From: Eledone cirrhosa
Taxonomy: Eukaryota
DNA length: 64,000 bases
Assembly (NCBI GenBank): GCA_964016885.1
Contig: OZ024742.1
Coordinates: 226,548,001 to 226,612,000, forward strand
Direction of reading: 5' to 3'
The notes beneath the pieces were generated by a model. The model made no database searches. It saw nothing but the letters and a program-made list of their open reading frames with translations, and was not told the origin of the DNA. The translations under genes were made by a program, and so were the position numbers. Shown here piece after piece: positions 42,001 to 43,567 of this stretch. How positions within the stretch are numbered: the first letter of the stretch is position 1; every line of letters starts with the position of its first letter.

Positions 42001-43555
42001 CTGTAGTTGGTGGTGGTGTTAGTACTGTTACAGTAGGTGGTGTTACTGCTGTAGTTGTTGGTAGTGTTAATACTGTTATAGTAGGTGGTGTTACTGCTGT
42101 AGTTGGTGGTGGTGTTAGTACTGTTACAGTAGGTGGTGTTACTGCTGTAGTTGGTGGTGGTGTTGGTACTGTTACAGTAGGTAGTGTTACTGCTGTAGTT
42201 GGTGGTGGTGTTAGTACTGTTACAGTAGGTGGTGTTACTGCTGTAGTTGGTGGTGGTGTTAGTACTGTTACAGTAGGTGGTGTTACTGCTGTAGTTGGTG
42301 GAGGTGTTAGCACTGTTATAGTAGGTGGTGTTACTGCTGTAGTTGGTGGTGGTGTTAGTACTGTTATAGTAGGTGGTGTTACTGCTGTAGTTGGTGGTGG
42401 TGTTAGTACTGTTACAGTAGGTGGTGTTACTGCTGTAGTTGGTGGTGGTGTTAATACTGTTATAGTAGGTGGTGTTACTGCTGTAGTTGGTGGTGGTGTT
42501 AGTACTGTTACAGTAGGTGGTGTTACTGCTGTAGTTGGTGGTGGTGTTGGTACTGTTACAGTAGGTAGTGTTACTGCTGTAGTTGGTGGTGGTGTTAGTA
42601 CTGTTACAGTAGGTGGTGTTACTGCTGTAGTTGGTGGTGGTGTTAGTACTGTTACAGTAGGTGGTGTTACTGCTGTAGTTGGTGGAGGTGTTAGCACTGT
42701 TATAGTAGGTGGTGTTACTGCTGTAGTTGGTGGTGGTGTTAGTACTGTTATAGTAGGTGGTGTTACTGCTGTAGTTGGTGGTGGTGTTAGTACTGTTACA
42801 GTAGGTGGTGTTACTGCTGTAGTTGGTGGTGGTGTTAATACTGTTATAGTAGGTGGTGTTACTGCTGTAGTTGGTGGTGGTGTTAGTACTGTTACAGTAG
42901 GTGGTGTTACTGCTGTAGTTGGTGGTGGTGTTAGTACTGTTACAGTAGGTGGTGTTACTGCTGTAGTTGGTGGTGGTGTTAGTACTGTTACAGTAGTTGG
43001 TGTTACTGCTGTAGTTGGTGGTGGTGTTAGTACTGTTACAGTTGGTGGTGTTACTGCTGTAGTTGGTGGTGGTGTTAGTACTGTTACAGTAGGTGGTGTT
43101 ACTGCTGTAGTTGGTGGTGGTGTTAGTACTGTTACAGTAGGTGGTGTTACTGCTGTAGTTGGTGGTGGTGTTAGTACTGTTACAGTAGTTGGTGTTACTG
43201 CTGTAGTTGGTGGTGGTGTTAGTACTGTTACAGTTGGTGGTGTTACTGCTGTAGTTGGTGGTGGTGTTAGTACTGTTACAGTAGTTGGTGTTACTGCTGT
43301 AGTTGGTGGTGGTGTTAGTACTGTTACAGTAGGTGGTGTTACTGCTGTAGTTGGTGGTGGTGTTAGTACTGTTACAGTAGGTGGTGTTACTGCTGTAGTT
43401 GGTGGTGGTGTTAGTACTGTTACAGTAGTTGGTGTTACTGCTGTAGTTGGTGGTGGTGTTAGTACTGTTACAGTTGGTGGTGTTACTGCTGTAGTTGGTG
43501 GTGGTGTTAGTACTGTTACAGTAGGTGGTGTTACTGCTGTAGTTGGTAGTGTTGG
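1..43555. repeat. Giant tandem array of a 48-bp unit (ggtggtgttagtactgttacagtaggtggtgttactgctgtagttggt), about 900 copies, running off the left window edge
   Basis: Unit read directly throughout. It is a diverged dimer of two 24-mers that both begin ggtggtgtta. The array ends abruptly at ~43,555 (…gttggtagtgttggtgtctttggg). Confidence 0.99.
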
Positions 43556-43567
43556 TGTCTTTGGGTC
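23996..43567 (-). CDS. Putative mucin-like Pro/Thr/Val repeat reading frame (TPPPTTAVTPPTVTVL)n; candidate giant exon, no ATG
   Basis: Frame is open from just after TAG-TAA (43,573-43,568) to TAA at 23,998-23,996. All consensus codons end in A/T and the composition is PTS-like. Only in-frame indels occur in this span. Caveats: no strong splice acceptor feeds this frame, and its codons cannot become stops by a single substitution. Confidence 0.35.
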   Translation of the reverse strand, partial: DPKTPTLPTTAVTPPTVTVLTPPPTTAVTPPTVTVLTPPPTTAVTPTTVTVLTPPPTTAVTPPTVTVLTPPPTTAVTPPTVTVLTPPPTTAVTPTTVTVLTPPPTTAVTPPTVTVLTPPPTTAVTPTTVTVLTPPPTTAVTPPTVTVLTPPPTTAVTPPTVTVLTPPPTTAVTPPTVTVLTPPPTTAVTPTTVTVLTPPPTTAVTPPTVTVLTPPPTTAVTPPTVTVLTPPPTTAVTPPTITVLTPPPTTAVTPPTVTVLTPPPTTAVTPPTITVLTPPPTTAVTPPTITVLTPPPTTAVTPPTVTVLTPPPTTAVTPPTVTVLTPPPTTAVTLPTVTVPTPPPTTAVTPPTVTVLTPPPTTAVTPPTITVLTPPPTTAVTPPTVTVLTPPPTTAVTPPTITVLTPPPTTAVTPPTITVLTPPPTTAVTPPTVTVLTPPPTTAVTPPTVTVLTPPPTTAVTLPTVTVPTPPPTTAVTPPTVTVLTPPPTTAVTPPTITVLTLPTTTAVTPPTVTVLTPPPTTAVTPPTITVLTPPPTTAVTPPTITVLTPPPTTAVTPPTITVLTPPPTTAVTPPTVTVLTPPPTTAVTPPTVTVLTPPPTTAVTLPTVTVPTPPPTTAVTPPTVTVLTPPPTTAVTPPTVTVLTPPPTTAVTPPTITVLTPPPTTAVTPLTVTVLTPPPTTAVTPPTVTVLTPPPPTTAVTPPTVTVLTPPPTTAVTPPTVTVLTPPPTTAVTPPTITVVTPPPTTAVTPPTITVLTPPPTTAVAPPTVTVLTPPLTTAVTPPTVTVLTPPPPTTAVTPPTVTVLTPPPTTAVTPPTVTVLTPPPTTAVTPFTVTVLTPPPTTAVTQPTVTVLTPPPTTAVTPTTVTVLTPLPTPAVTPPTVTVLTPPPTTAVTPPTVTVLTPPPTTAVTPPTVTVLTPLPTPAVTPPTVTVLTPPPTTAVTPPTVIVRTPLPTPAVTPPTVTVLTPLPTTAVTPPTVTVLTPPPTTAVTPTTVTVLTPPPTTAVTPPTVTVLTPPPTTAVTQPTVTVLTPPPTTAVTPTTVTVLTPLPTPAVTPPTVTVLTPPPTTAVTPPTVTVLTPPPTTAVTPPTVTVLTPLPTPAVTPPTVTVLTPPPTTAVTPPTVTVLTPPPTTAVTPTTVTVLTPPPTTAVTPPTVTVVTPLPTTAVTPPTVTVLTSPPTTAVTPTTVTVLTPPPTTAVTPPTVTVLTPPPTTAVTPPTVTVLTPPPTTAVTPTTVTVLTPPPTTAVTPPTVTVLTPLPTTAVTPPTVTVLTPLPTTAVTPPTVTVLTPLPTTAVTPPTVTVLTPLPTTAVTPPTVTVLTPLPTTAVTPPTVTVLTPLPTTAVTPPTVTVLTPLPTTAVTPPTVTVLTPLPTTAVTPPTVTVLTPLPTTAVTPPTVTVLTPLPTTAVTPPTVTVLTPLPTTAVTPPTVTVLTPPPTTAVTLPTVTVLTPLPTTAVTPPTITVLTPPPTTAVTPPTITVLTPPPTTAVTPPTVTVLTPLPTTAVTPPIITVLTPPPTTAVTPPTVTVLTPPPTTAVTPPTVTVLKPPPTTAETPPTVTVLTPLPTTAVTPPTVTVLTPPPTTAVTPPTVTVLTPPPTTAVTPPTVTVLTPLPTPAVTPPTVTVLTPLPTTAVTPPTVTVLTPPPTTAVTQPTVTVLTPPPTTAVTPTTVTVLTPLPTPAVTPPTVTVLTPPPTTAVTPPTVTVLTPPPTTAVTPTTVTVLTPPPTTAVTPPTVTVLTPPPTTAVTPTTVTVLTPPPTTAVTPPTITVLTPPPTTAVTPPTVTVLTPPPTTAVTPPTVTVLTPPPTTAVTLPTVTVPTPPPTTAVTPPTVTVLTPPPTTAVTPPTVTVLTPPPTTAVTPPTITVLTPPPTTAVTPLTVTVLTPPPTTAVTPPTVTVLTPPPPTTAVTPPTVTVLTPPPTTAVTPPTVTVLTPPPTTAVTPPTITVVTPPPTTAVTPPTITVLTPPPTTAVAPPTVTVLTPPLTTAVTPPTVTVLTPPPPTTAVTPPTVTVLTPPPTTAVTPPTVTVLTPPPTTAVTPTTVTVLTPPPTTAVTPPTVTVVTPLPTTAVTPPTVTVLTSPPTTAVTPPTVTVLTPPPTTAVTPPTVTVLTPPPTTAVTPPTVTVLTPLPTPAVTPPTVTVLTPPPTTAVTPPTVIVRTPLPTPAVTPPTVTVLTPPPTTAVTPPTVIVRTPLPTPAVTPPTVTVLTPLPTPAVTPPTVTVLTPPPTTAVTPPTVTVLTPPPTTAVTPPTVTVLTPLPTPAVTPPTVTVLTPPPTTAVTPPTVIVRTPLPTPAVTPPTVTVLTPLPTTAVTPPTVTVLTPPPTTAVTPTTVTVLTPPPTTAVTPPTVTVLTPPPTTAVTQPTVTVLTPPPTTAVTPTTVTVLTPLSTPAVTPPTVTVLTPPPTTAVTPPTVTVLTPPPTTAVTPPTVTVLTPLPTPAVTPPTVTVLTPPPTTAVTPPTVTVLTPPPTTAVTPTTVTVLTPPPTTAVTPPTVTVVTPLPTTAVTPPTVTVLTSPPTTAVTPPTVTVLTPPPTTAVTPPTVTVLTPPPTTAVTPPTVTVLTPPPTTAVTPTTVTVLTPPPTTAVTPPTVTVLTPLPTTAVTPPTVTVLTPLPTTAVTPPTVTVLTPLPTTAVTPPTVTVLTPLPTTAVTPPTVTVLTPLPTTAVTPPTVTVLTPLPTTAVTPPTVTVLTPLPTTAVTPPTVTVLTPLPTTAVTPPTVTVLTPLPTTAVTPPTVTVLTPLPTTAVTPPTVTVLTPLPTTAVTLPTVTVLTPLPTTAVTPPTITVLTPPPTTAVTPPTITVLTPPPTTAVTPPTVTVLTPLPTTAVTPPIITVLTPPPTTAVTPPTVTVLTPPPTTAVTPPTVTVLTPPPTTAETPPTVTVLTPLPTTAVTPPTVTVLTPPPTTAVTPPTVTVLTPPPTTAVTPPTVTVLTPLPTPAVTPPTVTVLTPLPTTAVTPPTVTVLTPPPTTAVTPPTVTVLTPPPTTAVTPTTVTVLTPPSTTAVTPPTVTVVTPLPTTAVTPPTVTVLTPPPTTAVTPPTVTVLTPPPTTAVTPPTVTVLTPPPTTAVTPPTVTVLTPPPTTAVTPTTVTVLTPPPTTAVTPPTVTVLTPLPTTAVTPPTITVLTPLPTTAVTPPTVTVLTPLPTTAITPPTVTVLTPLPTTAVTTPTVTVLTPLPTTAVTPPTVTVLTPLPTTAVTPPTVTVLTPLPTTAVTLPTVTVLTPLPTTAVTPPTITVLTPPPTTAVTPPTITVLTPPPTTAVTPPTVTVLTPLPTTAVTPPIITVLTPPPTTAVTTPTVTVLTPPPTTAVTPPTVTVLTPPPTPAVTPPTVTVLTPPPTTAVTPPTVTVLTPPPTTAVTPPTVTVLTPPPTPAVTPPTVTVLTPPPTTAVIPPTVTVLTPPPTTAVTPPTVTVLTPPPTTAVTPPTVTVLTPPPTTAVTPPTVTVLTPPPTTAVTPPTVTVLTPQPTTAVTPPTVTVLTPPPTTAVTPPTVTVLTPPPTTAVTPPTVTVLTPPPTTAVTPPTVTVLTPLATTAVTPPTVTVVTPPPNTAVTPPTVTVLTPPPTTAVTPPTVTVLTPLATTAVTPPTVTVLTPLPTTAVIPPTITVLTPPPTTAVTPPTVTVLTPPPTTAVTPPTITVLTPPPTTAVTPPTVTVLTPPPTTAVTPPTVTVLTPPPTPAVTPPTVTVLPPPPTPAVTPPTVTVLTPPPTTAVTPPTVTVLTPPPTTAVTPPTVTVLTPPPTTAVTPPTVTVLTPRPTTAVTPPTVTILTPLATTAVTPPTVTVLTPLPTTAVTPPTVTVLTPLPTTAVTPPTVTVLTPLPTTAVTPPTVTVLTPLPTTAVTPPTVTVLTPLPTTAVTPPTVTVLTPLPTTAVTLPTVTVLTPLPTTAVTPPTITVLTPPPTTAVTPPTITVLTPPPTTAVTPPTVTVLTPLPTTAVTPPIITVLTPPPTTAVTPPTVTVLTPPPTTAVTPPTVTVLTPPPTTAETPPTVTVLTPLPTTAVTPPTVTVLTPPPTTAVTPPTVTVLTPPPTTAVTPPTVTVLTPLTTPAVTPPTVTVLTPLPTTAVTPPTVTVLTPPPTTAVTPPTVTVLTPPPTTAVTQPTVTVLTPPPTTAVTPTTVTVLTPLPTPAVTPPTVTVLTPPPTTAVTPPTVTVLTPPPTTVTVLTPPPTTAVTPPTVTVLTPLPTPAVTPPTVTVLTPPPTTAVTPPTVTVLTPPPTTAVTPPTVTVLTPPPTTAVTPTTVTVLTPLPTTAVTPPIITVLTPPPTTAVTPPTVTVLTPPPTTAVTPPTVTVLTPPPTTAETPPTVTVLTPLPTTAVTPPTVTVLTPPPTTAVTPPTVTVLTPPPTTAVTPPTVTVLTPLPTPAVTPPTVTVLTPLPTTAVTPPTVTVLTPPPTTAVTPPTVTVLTPPPTTAVTPTTVTVLTPPSTTAVTPPTVTVVTPLPTTAVTPPTVTVLTPPPTTAVTPPTVTVLTPPPTTAVTPPTVTVLTPPPTTAVTPPTVTVLTPPPTTAVTPTTVTVLTPPPTTAVTPPTVTVLTPLPTTAVTPPTITVLTPLPTTAVTPPTVTVLTPLPTTAITPPTVTVLTPLPTTAVTPPTVTVLTPLPTTAVTPPTVTVLTPLPTTAVTPPTVTVLTPLPTTAVTLPTVTVLTPLPTTAVTPPTITVLTPPPTTAVTPPTITVLTPPPTTAVTPPTVTVLTPLPTTAVTPPIITVLTPPPTTAVTTPTVTVLTPPPTTAVTPPTVTVLTPPPTPAVTPPTVTVLTPPPTTAVTPPTVTVLTPPPTTAVTPPTVTVLTPPPTPAVTPPTVTVLTPPPTTAVIPPTVTVLTPPPTTAVTPPTVTVLTPPPTTAVTPPTVTVLTPPPTTAVTPPTVTVLTPPPTTAVTPPTVTVLTPQPTTAVTPPTVTVLTPPPTTAVTPPTVTVLTPPPTTAVTPPTVTVLTPPPTTAVTPPTVTVLTPLATTAVTPPTVTVVTPPPNTAVTPPTVTVLTPPPTTAVTPPTVTVLTPLATTAVTPPTVTVLTPLPTTAVIPPTITVLTPPPTTAVTPPTVTVLTPPPTTAVTPPTITVLTPPPTTAVTPPTVTVLTPPPTTAVTPPTVTVLTPPPTPAVTPPTVTVLPPPPTPAVTPPTVTVLTPPPTTAVTPPTVTVLTPPPTTAVTPPTVTVLTPPPTTAVTPPTVTVLTPRPTTAVTPPTVTVLTPLATTAVTPPTVTVLTPLPTTAVTPPTVTVLTPLPTTAVTPPTVTVLTPLPTTAVTPPTVTVLTPLPTTAVTPPTVTVLTPLPTTAVTPPTVTVLTPLPTTAVTLPTVTVLTPLPTTAVTPPTITVLTPPPTTAVTPPTITVLTPPPTTAVTPPTVTVLTPLPTTAVTPPIITVLTPPPTTAVTPPTVTVLTPPPTTAVTPPTVTVLTPPPTTAETPPTVTVLTPLPTTAVTPPTVTVLTPPPTTAVTPPTVTVLTPPPTTAVTPPTVTVLTPLTTPAVTPPTVTVLTPLPTTAVTPPTVTVLTPPPTTAVTPPTVTVLTPPPTTAVTQPTVTVLTPPPTTAVTPTTVTVLTPLPTPAVTPPTVTVLTPPPTTAVTPPTVTVLTPPPTTVTVLTPPPTTAVTPPTVTVLTPLPTPAVTPPTVTVLTPPPTTAVTPPTVTVLTPPPTTAVTPPTVTVLTPPPTTAVTPTTVTVLTPPSTTAVTPPTVTVVTPLPTTAVTPPTVTVLTPPPTTAVTPTTVTVLTPPPTTAVTPPTVTVLTPPPTTAVTPPTVTVLTPPPTTAVTPTTVTVLTPPPTTAVAPPTVTVLTPLPTTAVTPPTITVLTPLPTTAVTPPTVTVLTPLPTTAVTPPTVTVLTPLPTTAVTPPTVTVLTPLPTTAVTPPTVTVLTPLPTTAVTPPTVTVLTPLPTTAVTLPTVTVLTPLPTTAVTPPTITVLTPPPTTAVTPPTITVLTPPPTTAVTPPTVTVLTPLPTTAVTPPIITVLTPPPTTAVTTPTVTVLTPPPTTAVTPPTVTVLTPPPTPAVTPPTVTVLTPPPTTAVTPPTVTVLTPPPTTAVTPPTVTVLTPPPTPAVTPPTVTVLTPPPTTAVIPPTVTVLTPPPTTAVTPPTVTVLTPPPTTAVTPPTVTVLTPPPTTAVTPPTVTVLTPPPTTAVTPPTVTVLTPQPTTAVTPPTVTVLTPPPTTAVTPPTVTVLTPPPTTAVTPPTVTVLTPPPTTAVTPPTVTVLTPLATTAVTPPTVTVVTPPPNTAVTPPTVTVLTPPPTTAVTPPTVTVLTPLATTAVTPPTVTVLTPLPTTAVIPPTITVLTPPPTTAVTPPTVTVLTPPPTTAVTPPTITVLTPPPTTAVTPPTVTVLTPPPTTAVTPPTVTVLTPPPTPAVTPPTVTVLPPPPTTAVTPPTVTVLTPPPTTAVTPPTVTVLTPPPTPAVTPPTVTVLTPPPTTAVTPPTVTVLTPPPTTAVTPPTVTVLTPPPTTAVTPPTVTVLTPRPTTAVTPPTVTVLTPLATTAVTPPTVTVVTPPPNTAVTPPTVTVLTPPPTTAVTPTTVTVLTPPPTTAVTPTTVTVLTPPPNTAVTPPTVTN

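Noticed and set aside
1-43555. CRISPR-like or telomeric interpretation of the array
   Set aside because: No unique spacers, no cas genes, eukaryotic context, and the unit is not a short telomeric repeat.
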